From a virus (taxonomy: Duplodnaviria > Caudoviricetes), in IMG/VR virus record IMGVR_UViG_3300015050_000882, positions 5,006 to 69,005 of that record: a stretch of 64,000 nucleotides of DNA; one strand, given 5' to 3'. A program made the position numbers and the translations under genes. Each line of letters opens with the position of its first letter. Position 1 is the first letter of the stretch. This document shows, in pieces, positions 27,716-36,937 of this stretch. The notes beneath the pieces are model-generated. The model did no database searches. It saw only the letters and a list, made by a program, of their open reading frames with translations, and was not told the origin of the DNA.

Positions 27716-29283
27716 TTGGCGGCCTTCTTAACAGGCTTGGGCGCAGGCTTCTTGCCAGGCGCAGGCTGGGGCGCTCCCCCGGGCGGCGCATTCGGGTCCA
27801 CCGGCGGCTGCGTCGCCTCGTGCAGCTCAATCGCGCTCTGGGTCTGCAGGGCAAGCTCCTGCTCCTGGCCCTGGATCATCTCCTGGGCCTCCAGCTCCAG
27901 CAGGTTGAGGTCCTCATCGGGGTCATAGTCATCAGACAGCCAACCCCGGCGCTGCATCTCAGCAATGTAGGCGTCCCGGGAGATGTCCCGGCGCTGCCGT
28001 GCGGCCTCAATCGCGTTCCAGCCAACCTCATCCGGGTCGGACAGCCCAAAGTCCACGGCCATCTCCACCGTGGTCTCAATGTCGCCCTTGCCGGCCCAGT
28101 CGGCCATGAACTTCAGGGCCTGCTCCAGCGCGTCCTTGAACCCCAGGGTGATTGCCTGGAGCTGGCTCAGGGCCTCAGCGCTGTTCAGCGCCCGGGTCGT
28201 GGCCTTCATGTCCCCGGGCTGCTCCTTGAGGAACTGCGCCCCATAGGAGGCCATGCCCTCCTCCACGTCCTTGAGCTTGTCCATGCCAACCTGGATCGCG
28301 GCCCCGGTGTGCTCCACATAGTAGAACTTGCCATCAGGCGCACGGGTTGCCAGTATCTGGTTGGGCCCAAGGCGCATCATCCCGCCCTCCCCGCCCGCGT
28401 CATTGGCGTCCACGCCTGACATGGCCAGCATCGGGAAGCAGGCGATGGAGATGATGTTGGTGAGGTCGGCATCAAGCTGCCAGTGGCGCACGTTCATGTA
28501 GGCCAGGTCCAGCAGCGGTGGCTTGGACACCCCCATCCCGTCCCGGCCCGTGTAGAAGGTGACCATGGGGATGTAGTCCAGGTCAGTCTCCCAGGTGTCC
28601 ACCATCTTCCACTTGTCCTTGCGGCCCTTGACCTCCTCCTTCTCCCAAATCTGGACCAGGCCAGGCTCAAGGACGCGGATGCGCTGGACAATGACCTCGC
28701 CCCAGCCCTTGCGGACCACATCAAACTCAGAGATGCGCACGTGCTCCAGGCACTCCTTGCCGTGCTCCATCCGGCCCGACATGAAGATGACCGACTCAGC
28801 GGTGTGGTGGACAAAGTAGGGGCGCACCTTGTCCTTGGCGTCATCGGCCCGGGTCCGGGGAGCTTCCCCCTCAGCGGGAGCCTCCTTGCGCGGCATGTCC
28901 ACAATGACGTGGCTCAGGCCCTTGGCCATCCCGTCCCTGAACCACCGGCGGGCAAACACGTCCAGGTTGTTCCCCTGGAGGTCAATGTCCTCACACCACT
29001 CAACGATGTCCTTGTCAGCCTCCTCATCAATCTGCACCGGGTCGCTGAAGGGCTTCCCGGCCAGCATGTCAAGGGTCAGCTCAGTCATGTTGAGGAGGGT
29101 GGCCTGCTGGATGCGGCGCTTCCAGCTGTTGTTGCTCTCCTCCTGGTGCTTGGGCAGCAGGACTTCCCCGGCCTGGCGCATGGTCTCAGTCCCGCCAAGG
29201 AGGGAGTTGATCAGCGCCCAGCGGGGAGCCATCAGCTGGTAGGCTGCCGACTGGTTGTCTGGTCCAAGCTCTTTTTCAGCCAT
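27712..29283 (-). CDS. Portal protein (DUF4055-like)
   Basis: LLGGTETMR, PPLLDLAYMNVRHWQ; follows TerL. Confidence 0.85.
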   Translation of the reverse strand: MAEKELGPDNQSAAYQLMAPRWALINSLLGGTETMRQAGEVLLPKHQEESNNSWKRRIQQATLLNMTELTLDMLAGKPFSDPVQIDEEADKDIVEWCEDIDLQGNNLDVFARRWFRDGMAKGLSHVIVDMPRKEAPAEGEAPRTRADDAKDKVRPYFVHHTAESVIFMSGRMEHGKECLEHVRISEFDVVRKGWGEVIVQRIRVLEPGLVQIWEKEEVKGRKDKWKMVDTWETDLDYIPMVTFYTGRDGMGVSKPPLLDLAYMNVRHWQLDADLTNIISIACFPMLAMSGVDANDAGGEGGMMRLGPNQILATRAPDGKFYYVEHTGAAIQVGMDKLKDVEEGMASYGAQFLKEQPGDMKATTRALNSAEALSQLQAITLGFKDALEQALKFMADWAGKGDIETTVEMAVDFGLSDPDEVGWNAIEAARQRRDISRDAYIAEMQRRGWLSDDYDPDEDLNLLELEAQEMIQGQEQELALQTQSAIELHEATQPPVDPNAPPGGAPQPAPGKKPAPKPVKKAAK

Positions 29284-29340
29284 GGGGGTGTCTCCTGTTG
29301 CAGCCCTTGGTATCCCGGATGCCCAGGGCAGTCAAGCGGC

Positions 29341-30780
29341 TCATTGTACAATCCTCTTCACAGACAGGTCCTTGCGCATCACCCTGTACCGCGTCTCATC
29401 GCCTGCGTGGTCCTCAGCCTCGGTGTCCACGTCATCAATCTTCTTGTCATCCCGGCTCAGCACTGGGACAGTCTCCTGCCACTGGACACACCGCTTGCAC
29501 ACGAACAGGCCAGCGTGCTCCCTGGGCTCACCCTCCCGCTTGGGCGCGGCGTTGCTCAGGCGCTCCCGCATGACCTGCCAGCCGTTGATCCGGCTCCCGG
29601 GGGACTTGTCAGCCTTCTCCCAGATGACCCCGGCCTTGCGCATGTCCGCCTCAATGGACATGCCATTCTCCTCAGTCCAGATGGCGCTGTCAGCCGGTCC
29701 CGGGTGGGTGCGGCCCTGGATGCCCATCTCCTCCTCCCGGTCCTTGATGCCCTCTGCGATGTCGCGGGCCAGCATCTTGACCCCCTCATTCCGCCGCCCG
29801 GTCCAGCCGTACCACTCTGCCCAGCGGATCAGGTCGCCACGCACCGGCCCGATCAGGCGGCCATCAGCCATCTTGATCGGCTCCCCGTTGCTCTCAGCCC
29901 ACCATCCAACGCTGAAGGGTTTGGATGACCCCCAGTCAAAGCTCCGGTCAATGCGCCATCCCCGGGGGATGAGGCTGGCGGGGAAGTCCGGGAGGAGGTT
30001 CCACTTGGGCCTCCAGACGTCATCGAACATGCCGCCCGCGACAATGTCCCATGAGCCGTCAATCCAGGCTGCCAGCTCTGCGTCATTGCGTGCGGCAGAC
30101 CGGATGCGGCTGATGTACTCAGGGTCAGCGTCCAACAAGATGCGGTTCTCACGGATGTGGCCGTGCAGGGCCATGCGGGGAGGCTCAACACCGCCGTCCC
30201 GGGCGATGGATCCAATGATGGGCCGGTTGCGCATCCCGGGGAGCTGGTACCGGGCCTTGACCCAGTTGTGGCCGATGCCGTAGGGGTTGGTGGTGGAGCG
30301 CACACGCGCCCGGGAGGCCACCTTGGGGTTGGAGGAGCGGCAGCAGGACTGCATGATGGTGAAGCAGTCGGGCGTGGCCCAGGTCGTCAGCTCCTCAAAC
30401 CCAATCCAGGGGTACTCGTGGCCGTGATATGCGTTGTAGTCCTCTGGGCGGCTCATGTGGCGGAACAGCAGCTGCTCTCCCCCGGGCCAGGTCCAGGTGT
30501 AGTTGCTCTCATTGTACTTGGGCGCGTTGCGCATCCGGGCAAACCACTTCTTGGACTTGGCAATCACGTCACCAAGCTCCGGGAAGCTCTTGCGGAACAG
30601 CACGCCACGCCAGTCTGCGCCCAAGCCCTGTCCGGTCTCAGATGCGAAGTCCATGAGCAGGGCATCGGTCTTGCCCGGCCCCCGGGTCCCCTCATACAAC
30701 ACCTCAAAGAGTGGGTTCATCAAGAACTCAGTCTGGGAGCCTGCCTGGGGAGCCCAGGTGATGGGTGCGTGTGCGTTCAA
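29341..30780 (-). CDS. terL: Terminase large subunit
   Basis: GTRGPGKTD, GFEELT, RSFDWG, EDHAGDETRY. Confidence 0.93.
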   Translation of the reverse strand: MNAHAPITWAPQAGSQTEFLMNPLFEVLYEGTRGPGKTDALLMDFASETGQGLGADWRGVLFRKSFPELGDVIAKSKKWFARMRNAPKYNESNYTWTWPGGEQLLFRHMSRPEDYNAYHGHEYPWIGFEELTTWATPDCFTIMQSCCRSSNPKVASRARVRSTTNPYGIGHNWVKARYQLPGMRNRPIIGSIARDGGVEPPRMALHGHIRENRILLDADPEYISRIRSAARNDAELAAWIDGSWDIVAGGMFDDVWRPKWNLLPDFPASLIPRGWRIDRSFDWGSSKPFSVGWWAESNGEPIKMADGRLIGPVRGDLIRWAEWYGWTGRRNEGVKMLARDIAEGIKDREEEMGIQGRTHPGPADSAIWTEENGMSIEADMRKAGVIWEKADKSPGSRINGWQVMRERLSNAAPKREGEPREHAGLFVCKRCVQWQETVPVLSRDDKKIDDVDTEAEDHAGDETRYRVMRKDLSVKRIVQ

Positions 30781-31058
30781 TTCAGCCTCTGGTTGGCCTC
30801 AACGATCAGCTCCCGGAATGTCTCCCGGGCCTGATAGGCGATGTCATCAAAGTCCACCTGCTCCCCGTAATTCTTGCCCAGGTACTCCGCCAGCGCCCCG
30901 CCCGCCGCCTGCACGCTCTGGGCAGTGCGGCCCTCGGTGCCAGCATAGGGGACATCCACCTGGACCTTCAGGCCCTTCCTCATGTCCGAAGTCAGCGACA
31001 CCCGCAGGAAGCGGGACTTGTCGGTGTTCTGCATCAGTTTGATCTCAAGCTCGCACAT
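30777..31058 (-). CDS. Hypothetical protein
   Basis: GGAGG RBS; coupled to terL. Confidence 0.7.
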   Translation of the reverse strand: MCELEIKLMQNTDKSRFLRVSLTSDMRKGLKVQVDVPYAGTEGRTAQSVQAAGGALAEYLGKNYGEQVDFDDIAYQARETFRELIVEANQRLN

Positions 31059-31059
31059 G

Positions 31060-31491
31060 TCAGCCTCCAAGCAGGGTAAGGACCAGCGCCCCCAGCGCGC
31101 CAACGGCCAGGGTCCACTTCAGTTGAAAGGTCGGGTCCTGGACCGATCCCTTGGTGAACACCTTGTAGGCATTCAGGTGGCACCAGGCGGCGATGATGAT
31201 GGGGAGCTGCCGTGAAAAGATGTTGAACAGCGTCCCGTTGCGCATGAACCAGGCGGCAGAGGGGCTGCCGATGTGGGTCAGGGCCAGGTAGGAGGACCAC
31301 CAGATCATGGTGGCCGCCGCCCCGATGAAGGAGGCGGTGACGCCCAGGACAAGCCAGTCAGCGGCGTCCCGGCGCTCCCAGACAGCCCGCCTTGCCTCAG
31401 GGAACCAGTGTTTCAGCACCATGAGGCTGAGGATGATGGCAGGGAAGGAGGTGGCGATGGCCACGCCCTCAATGATTTGACGGTTCAACAC
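31060..31491 (-). CDS. Multi-pass membrane protein
   Basis: About four hydrophobic segments. Confidence 0.7.
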   Translation of the reverse strand: MLNRQIIEGVAIATSFPAIILSLMVLKHWFPEARRAVWERRDAADWLVLGVTASFIGAAATMIWWSSYLALTHIGSPSAAWFMRNGTLFNIFSRQLPIIIAAWCHLNAYKVFTKGSVQDPTFQLKWTLAVGALGALVLTLLGG

Positions 31492-31660
31492 GCTTGATCC
31501 TTTCAAGGGCAGCCAGTGAAAGGCTGACGGTGTGTCCACGCTCCTGTTGGGCATGGATGGTTGACAGGAGAGCCTCCCTGGCCTGGACGTTCTCCGCCCG
31601 GGCCTCCTTCAGGTCGGTGCGCTCCCCCACACCCAACATCTTGCGCAACATCGCCATCAC
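31469..31660 (-). CDS. Small hypothetical protein
   Basis: Overlapping start/stop chain. Confidence 0.55.
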   Translation of the reverse strand: MMAMLRKMLGVGERTDLKEARAENVQAREALLSTIHAQQERGHTVSLSLAALERIKRVEPSNH

Positions 31661-31845
31661 GTCTTGCCCTCCACCTTGACTTGGCTTGCCACTTCCCGCC
31701 AGAAGTCGGCTTGCTGCTTGTGAGCGTCCCTCAGCTCCTTTTGAAGCTCAGTGTTCTGGCTCCAGAGCTTGTAAACCACGAATGACAGGGCGGCGTTAAC
31801 GCCCCCGGCCTGGATGATGTCTCCCCAGGGCAGCTGCTCCATCAT
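31657..31845 (-). CDS. Small membrane/coiled-coil protein
   Basis: Hydrophobic segment then coiled coil. Confidence 0.6.
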   Translation of the reverse strand: MMEQLPWGDIIQAGGVNAALSFVVYKLWSQNTELQKELRDAHKQQADFWREVASQVKVEGKT

Positions 31846-32495
31846 GCCGCTCCCGTGATTTCAACGGTGATGGATGCCCAACCCGACGCCACGCCACCCC
31901 ATGCGGCGTTTGCACTGGCCCATGCCGCCACCCCGGTCGTGGTGTAGGCTCCGCCGATGGTGCAGGCGGAGCCGTTGCCCGTCCCACCCACGCCAAGGGA
32001 CATCCCGGCGGGGACCTGAGTTGAGTCCTGCGTGGTGTTGCGGTGTCCGGCAAAGAACAGGACCACGCTGTGGCCATCAGTGTTTGAAAGGGTCAGGCCG
32101 GTCGCGGTGGGAGCGTTGGTGTTGCCCGTCACCTGTTCAGAGTCAACCCCGATGCCCAGGGGACCGGCTCCCGCCGCCTTGACCACGGCGCAGATCAGGC
32201 CCGTGGCGTTGGTCCAGCCAGTGCAGGTCTCAGAGGGGGAGGCGGCCACCTTGTAGGCGGCGACGCAGCAGTTGGTGTTGACCCCGATGAGGCCCGTGGC
32301 AGTGAAGGCGGTCCAGCCCGCCGGGACAGCCGGGGTGTTGTTGTTCCCGTCCCGATAGGCGAAGGCAACCAGCATGTCGCCTGACGCATGGGTGGGCGGC
32401 GTGACAGAGGTCGTGCTGCTGGCCGCCATCTGGACGTCAGCGTTGATCGGCGCGGCCCCGGCTCCAAACGCATATGGGTCAACCATGAAGCTCAT
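31842..32495 (-). CDS. Gly/Ala/Thr-rich beta protein, likely fibre or receptor-binding partner
   Basis: Composition; coupled to fibre gene. Confidence 0.65.
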   Translation of the reverse strand: MSFMVDPYAFGAGAAPINADVQMAASSTTSVTPPTHASGDMLVAFAYRDGNNNTPAVPAGWTAFTATGLIGVNTNCCVAAYKVAASPSETCTGWTNATGLICAVVKAAGAGPLGIGVDSEQVTGNTNAPTATGLTLSNTDGHSVVLFFAGHRNTTQDSTQVPAGMSLGVGGTGNGSACTIGGAYTTTGVAAWASANAAWGGVASGWASITVEITGAA

Positions 32496-34279
32496 GCCCA
32501 GATCAACGCCCCCTTGAGGCCCAACCCGGCCACGGTGGAGCCTACCTGGTCCACGTGCCAGGTGATCTCATCGTCATCAGCAAAGGAGGTCACGCTGAGG
32601 ACAGAGGGGACAGCCGCCGTGACGCTGGTCTTTTCACTGGCGTCAATGGTCGCCTTGGTCGTGAAGATGGTCGTGCCGTTCTTCTTCACGTCCACGATGA
32701 TGGTGGAGCCGGTCGGTGCCGTCCCGACGCTGATGCGCACGGCGGTCAGGGTCCGGGCACCCACGACACGGTGGGAGAGCTTCTGGCCCGTGGTGAGGGC
32801 GGTGGTCTCATCGCTGAGGGCCACGGTGTCGGGTGCATAGTCGGTGAGGGGCACCGCGTTCTTGGACACCCCGGCCTCCCGCGCCCTGAACCGGCCCGTG
32901 GTGGAGTTGTACCACATGTCACCGTTGGAGGGCCCAGCAAGGTCCCCAGCATTCGGGGTGAGGTTGAGGCCCAGGCTGAAGATGGACACGGCGCTGAAGG
33001 TCTGGGCCAGGGTCCAGGTCTGGGCGATGCCCAGCAGGGCCAGGGTCCCAGAGGCATCGGGGAGGGTGAAGGTGCGGGTGGTCGCGGTCGTGATCCCGGA
33101 TGCCTGGAAGGTAGCCTGCTTGGTCGGGTCGCTGTTGTCCTGGAGCGTGAAGGCGTTGTCCAGCACCGTGATGGCGCTCCCGGAGATGGCGGAGCCGGTG
33201 CGCAGGACCTCAAACCAATTCATGGCGGTCGTGCCAAGGGTGTTGCCCTGCTTGAACGTGGTCACCCAGAGGCTGGAGCCATAGGTGGTGCCCTGATAGA
33301 CGGGGACAACCGCCGCCCGCATCTTGGCAACGGTGTTGGCATCGGTCGCCCGGGTCCACGCCCCTGCGTTGGCGATGTAGATGCCGTTGTCCTCTGGATC
33401 GGTCTGGCCCGTCAGCAGCACCCGGTAGTTGGCGGCAGTCGCCTTCCCGTCCACGGTGATGAAGCCGCCCGTGGCGATGTCCACGTTGCTGACCGACACC
33501 AGGCGGCACGGCTCCTTGAAGCCTGACGTGGGCATCTTGGTCAGGTTGCTCGTGCCCGTCCCGGCGCTCTGGAGCACGTACACAGCACCGTCATCATCCC
33601 ACAGGTACGCAAAGTCAGTGTCCAGGGCGATGTACAGCACACCCTCATCCCCGGTCCCGGGGAAGGAGGCCAGGTCAGCGTACTCCTCCACGTTGTCGTC
33701 AAGCTGGGAGGCGGGGACCTTCCCCAGGGAGTTGAGGCTGGCATATCCGTTGGCCACGCCCTTCCCGGACAGGAGCTGGTAGGCTGACAGGTCAGAGGTC
33801 AGGGCCAGCGTCCCGGATGCGTTGGGCAGCGTGTAGGTCCGGGTGGTGGCGGTCGTGATGCCTGAAGCCTGGAAGGCGGCAATCTTGGTCGGGTCAGCGT
33901 TGTCATAGATGCGGAACAGGTTGTCAGCGTACTCAGACGGGGGAGTGGGCTGGGCCCAGGCGCTCCCGTTGTAAATCCACATGTTGTCGGTGGCTGCCAC
34001 GTACACCAGCCAGCCGGTCTTGGGGGTGTAGAACACCCACCCACCGCCGCTGTAGTCTGCAATCTTCTCCTCCTGCCCAGCCCAGGCTCCGGTCGCGGTC
34101 GCGGCCACGATGTACCTGTCACCCTCAGCCGGGGAGCCGGGGGGAGCTGTAAGGGTCTGGGACGTGACCGCCGCCATGACCAGGGCATCCAGGATGACCA
34201 GAGCGTCATTGTGCGTGACGTGCTTCTGGGACTGGTTGGAGGCGATGTTGGGCAGCCCCAACAGGGTCGTGTTGCTCAT
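32492..34279 (-). CDS. DUF2793-containing tail fibre protein
   Basis: QSQKHVTHNDAL, PPGSPAEGDRYIV, ATGAWAGQE. Confidence 0.82.
   Translation of the reverse strand: MSNTTLLGLPNIASNQSQKHVTHNDALVILDALVMAAVTSQTLTAPPGSPAEGDRYIVAATATGAWAGQEEKIADYSGGGWVFYTPKTGWLVYVAATDNMWIYNGSAWAQPTPPSEYADNLFRIYDNADPTKIAAFQASGITTATTRTYTLPNASGTLALTSDLSAYQLLSGKGVANGYASLNSLGKVPASQLDDNVEEYADLASFPGTGDEGVLYIALDTDFAYLWDDDGAVYVLQSAGTGTSNLTKMPTSGFKEPCRLVSVSNVDIATGGFITVDGKATAANYRVLLTGQTDPEDNGIYIANAGAWTRATDANTVAKMRAAVVPVYQGTTYGSSLWVTTFKQGNTLGTTAMNWFEVLRTGSAISGSAITVLDNAFTLQDNSDPTKQATFQASGITTATTRTFTLPDASGTLALLGIAQTWTLAQTFSAVSIFSLGLNLTPNAGDLAGPSNGDMWYNSTTGRFRAREAGVSKNAVPLTDYAPDTVALSDETTALTTGQKLSHRVVGARTLTAVRISVGTAPTGSTIIVDVKKNGTTIFTTKATIDASEKTSVTAAVPSVLSVTSFADDDEITWHVDQVGSTVAGLGLKGALIWA
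33035..33160 (-). repeat. 42-aa fibre repeat, copy 2
   Basis: DNAFTLQDNSDPTKQATFQASGITTATTRTFTLPDASGTLAL. Confidence 0.9.
33800..33925 (-). repeat. 42-aa fibre repeat, copy 1
   Basis: DNLFRIYDNADPTKIAAFQASGITTATTRTYTLPNASGTLAL. Confidence 0.9.
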
Positions 34280-34806
34280 TCGGCTTCTCCCTTGCCCTCT
34301 GCCTTGTCGCGCTCAGCGATTGAGGCAAGGTACTGCTCCACTGACATCTTGCCGGGGACCACCAGCACACCGCCGGTGATCTCAGCCTGAAGGTTGATGT
34401 TGTCCCTGAACTTCTCCGGGCGGTTGCCCTTGAGCGACACCTCAAGCAGCCGGTCGCTGTACTCCTTGACCGTGGCCACCTTCTTGCCCTTGAAGAACAC
34501 CGGCTTGTCAATCCCCTGGACAGCCCGCCGGTGCATCTCCTCCTCCAGGCCGTCCCTGAACCGCTCCATGGACCGCTCCCAGAGGTTGCGCCAGCGGTCA
34601 TCCCCGTCCTTCTCCCGGTCGGCCATCAGCACCTGGACAGCGTCATAGTCAAAGCCGTGCCGGTCGCAGGCCTTGTACTTGACCCCGATCTCAGAGAGGG
34701 TCTGACAGATCGCGCTGAACTTGTCCCAGTCCAGCTCTGACTTGCGGCCCTTGCCGCTGATTTGCTGTCTGGTGAGGGGCTTTCCGGTCGTGGACTTGGC
34801 TGGCAT
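34276..34806 (-). CDS. terS: Terminase small subunit
   Basis: LEEEMHRRAVQG, VKEYSDRLL, RPEKFRD. Confidence 0.8.
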   Translation of the reverse strand: MPAKSTTGKPLTRQQISGKGRKSELDWDKFSAICQTLSEIGVKYKACDRHGFDYDAVQVLMADREKDGDDRWRNLWERSMERFRDGLEEEMHRRAVQGIDKPVFFKGKKVATVKEYSDRLLEVSLKGNRPEKFRDNINLQAEITGGVLVVPGKMSVEQYLASIAERDKAEGKGEAE

Positions 34807-34831
34807 GGGGCAACAACTCCTATCGCCCGCG

Positions 34832-34860
34832 AAACTACCGACAATGAGGCAAAATGTCTA
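34832..34860 (-). promoter_or_regulatory. Candidate late-operon promoter
   Basis: TAGACA-N17-TAGTTT upstream of terS. Confidence 0.5.
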
Positions 34861-34894
34861 GCCCATCCTTGCCCAGCACACACGCACCCCGGGA

Positions 34895-35188
34895 GCCCAG
34901 GGGCACACGCCTCGAACAGCGAGAGGTCGGGGGATAACTGAAAGTTAGTCAAGACGACATAAGTGTATGACACTGTTGTCAAAACTCCAATCCTTAGATA
35001 ACTTAACTAAAAAAGGGGGGAGGGGTAGAGAGTAGAGATATGCCTGTTTCCCCAAGCTAAACCGCCCGCCCCTGCCGGGCCTAGCGAATTAAACGTCAGT
35101 AGAGTTTAGCCAAGTAATGGAGTTTGTTCCATGCCTTCATGGGCTTAGACACAGAAACCAGTTTCCACTAAGTTAAGATAGCTAAGCT
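34895..35188. repeat. Copy 2 of ~290-bp non-coding element
   Basis: Same orientation as 6755-7045. Confidence 0.92.
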
Positions 35189-35256
35189 GACCCCACTTTT
35201 GAGTGGACTTGGTGGGCACCTCGCCTCCATAATCGTGGAGCGGTGCCCACTCGTGC

Positions 35257-35577
35257 TCAGACGCCTCGGTGGGCGGCCAGAACCTCTGCCCATGAACCAT
35301 AGGCTTCATTGCGTGGATCCAGGGCAAGCGGGTCCAGGTGCCCAAACAAGACACCGGCCTTCATGATGGCGTTGGGGTGGTCCTCCCGGCGGAGAACAGC
35401 CATCAGGCCTGCGCATTGCTGAGGCTTGGCCCCTGGCTTGACAATCTCAATCGTCTTGTGACACTGGAAGGCAGTCGCCTCCCGGATGTCCTCCAGCCGC
35501 CGGGGGGACAGCCCGAACAGCTGGCCCTGGCCCCGGCGGAAGGGGCAGTTGTCGCAGGGGGACTTCAGCGCAAACAT
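35257..35577 (-). CDS. Cys/His-rich protein (DUF6283-like)
   Basis: PCDNCPFR, FQCHKT, CAG. Confidence 0.7.
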   Translation of the reverse strand: MFALKSPCDNCPFRRGQGQLFGLSPRRLEDIREATAFQCHKTIEIVKPGAKPQQCAGLMAVLRREDHPNAIMKAGVLFGHLDPLALDPRNEAYGSWAEVLAAHRGV

Positions 35578-35831
35578 GCGTCAACGTCCCTGAACCGCCG
35601 TGACAGGATCACGTCCTGGACGCGCAGCAGCGCCTCCTTGGTGTCGGTGTCAAGGCGGTACCAGTCGATTGGCTCCACCGTCAGGTCAGCCCGGAACTGG
35701 AGGAGCGTGCCGCAGAGGCACACTGTCGGGTCCCCCGGCTCCGGGAGTGCACCTGAGCCGTCAGCCGCTGTCGCCCGGTCCAGGAGCGTGCCGCAGGCAG
35801 GGCACAGGCAGGGGGAGGTCGCCTCACTCAT
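35565..35831 (-). CDS. Small Zn-ribbon protein
   Basis: CPACG and CLCG. Confidence 0.65.
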   Translation of the reverse strand: MSEATSPCLCPACGTLLDRATAADGSGALPEPGDPTVCLCGTLLQFRADLTVEPIDWYRLDTDTKEALLRVQDVILSRRFRDVDACLR

Positions 35832-36015
35832 CGGCCTGCTCCACAATGAAGGATGGCGGCATGCCGTCCACCTGCAGCAGGCGTATCTCCCCCTGCTCAC
35901 GCCCCTTGTCGGCCAGGCCCTCCAGCCACCCCATCGTGTACTGGTCAAACCGCACCCGGACCTTCAGGGTGACATCCACCACCGGCCCGTCCTCTCCATC
36001 CAACCTCACGCCCAT
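35824..36015 (-). CDS. Hypothetical protein
   Basis: Overlapping chain, RBS. Confidence 0.6.
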   Translation of the reverse strand: MGVRLDGEDGPVVDVTLKVRVRFDQYTMGWLEGLADKGREQGEIRLLQVDGMPPSFIVEQADE

Positions 36016-36383
36016 CGCACTCTCCCCTTCAACAGACCCAGGCAGCACAGCGCCCCCAGCATCATCAGTCCACCAGACGGCAGCGGGACCGGCGCAACCA
36101 CCGGCGGCACCTCGTGGCCGTTGAATACTGCGCGCAGCAGCTCCTCATCGGTCATCCCCATCTGCTTGTACAGGGGCAGAGGCTCTGCCCCGCCGCACCG
36201 GGCCTCCCAGAGCACCAGGTGCATCTGCCAGGCCTCATCCGCGTCCATCCCGAACACGCTGGCCTTGTAGGCTGTCTCACTGGGAGGGTCGGCACAGGGG
36301 TCGGTCCAGGGCGGCACCTCCCCCAGGCCCCCGGCCCACCCCGGGGCAGCGGACAGACACAGCGCCACGCACATCGCCTTCAT
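36006..36383 (-). CDS. Secreted protein with VPLPA-CTERM-like sorting signal
   Basis: Signal peptide MKAMCVALCLSAAPGWA; C-terminal PVPLPSGGLMMLGALCCLGLLKGRVR. Confidence 0.75.
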   Translation of the reverse strand: MKAMCVALCLSAAPGWAGGLGEVPPWTDPCADPPSETAYKASVFGMDADEAWQMHLVLWEARCGGAEPLPLYKQMGMTDEELLRAVFNGHEVPPVVAPVPLPSGGLMMLGALCCLGLLKGRVRWA

Positions 36384-36385
36384 TA

Positions 36386-36541
36386 TCACTCCATCCCCGC
36401 CAATTCAACCTTCACGTCATCCGGCATCGGCTTCCCGTGCCTGAACTCCCAGCCCAGGCGGGCAACCGCAAACGCCAGCCGGAAGGAGTTGCTGCGCACG
36501 CGCCTCAGCTCCCCGTCCACCCTCAGCAGCCAGGTCACCAT
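36386..36541 (-). CDS. Small hypothetical protein (51 aa)
   Basis: Hand translation MVTWLLRVDG...AGME fills the gap. Confidence 0.5.
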   Translation of the reverse strand: MVTWLLRVDGELRRVRSNSFRLAFAVARLGWEFRHGKPMPDDVKVELAGME

Positions 36542-36804
36542 TGCATCACCGCCCGGATGAAGCCATAGGTGAACGCCCCCAGCACCGCCCCGATGCTCAG
36601 CATGCCCGCCCCGCTCCAGGTCCAGTAGTGCAGCATGGACTTCCCGTGGCGCACGCCCTGGCGGTAGGCCAGCTGCCAGCCCCGTCGCATCCCGGCCTCA
36701 TACACCGCCTTGATGCCCTCCTGCACGCCCTCCTCCTTGGCCAGCCTGATCGCCAGCTCCCGGGCCTCCAGGTCCACCGCCTCCATGTCGTCAGCCTTGG
36801 TCAT
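36535..36804 (-). CDS. Membrane-anchored hypothetical protein
   Basis: C-terminal TM helix. Confidence 0.65.
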   Translation of the reverse strand: MTKADDMEAVDLEARELAIRLAKEEGVQEGIKAVYEAGMRRGWQLAYRQGVRHGKSMLHYWTWSGAGMLSIGAVLGAFTYGFIRAVMQW

Positions 36805-36937
36805 TGGTCAGCACTCCCGTTGTCAGCCCGCGCCACTGGCGCTCCAGGCGCTCCGCCAGGCGGATGTTCTCCAGGGTCCCCGTGGCACGCAGCGCAGCTG
36901 CGGCCGCAGCAACCGTCTCACTCATCAACGTCCTCAT
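36791..36937 (-). CDS. Small hypothetical protein
   Basis: Overlapping chain; start uncertain. Confidence 0.45.
   Translation of the reverse strand: MRTLMSETVAAAAAALRATGTLENIRLAERLERQWRGLTTGVLTNDQG

Noticed and set aside
31060-31845. Spanin pair
   Set aside because: No lipobox or nested Rz1-like ORF found.
6755-35188. The repeats as prophage att sites, terminal repeats or IS ends
   Set aside because: No integrase or transposase seen, copies are diverged, and phage genes continue on both sides.
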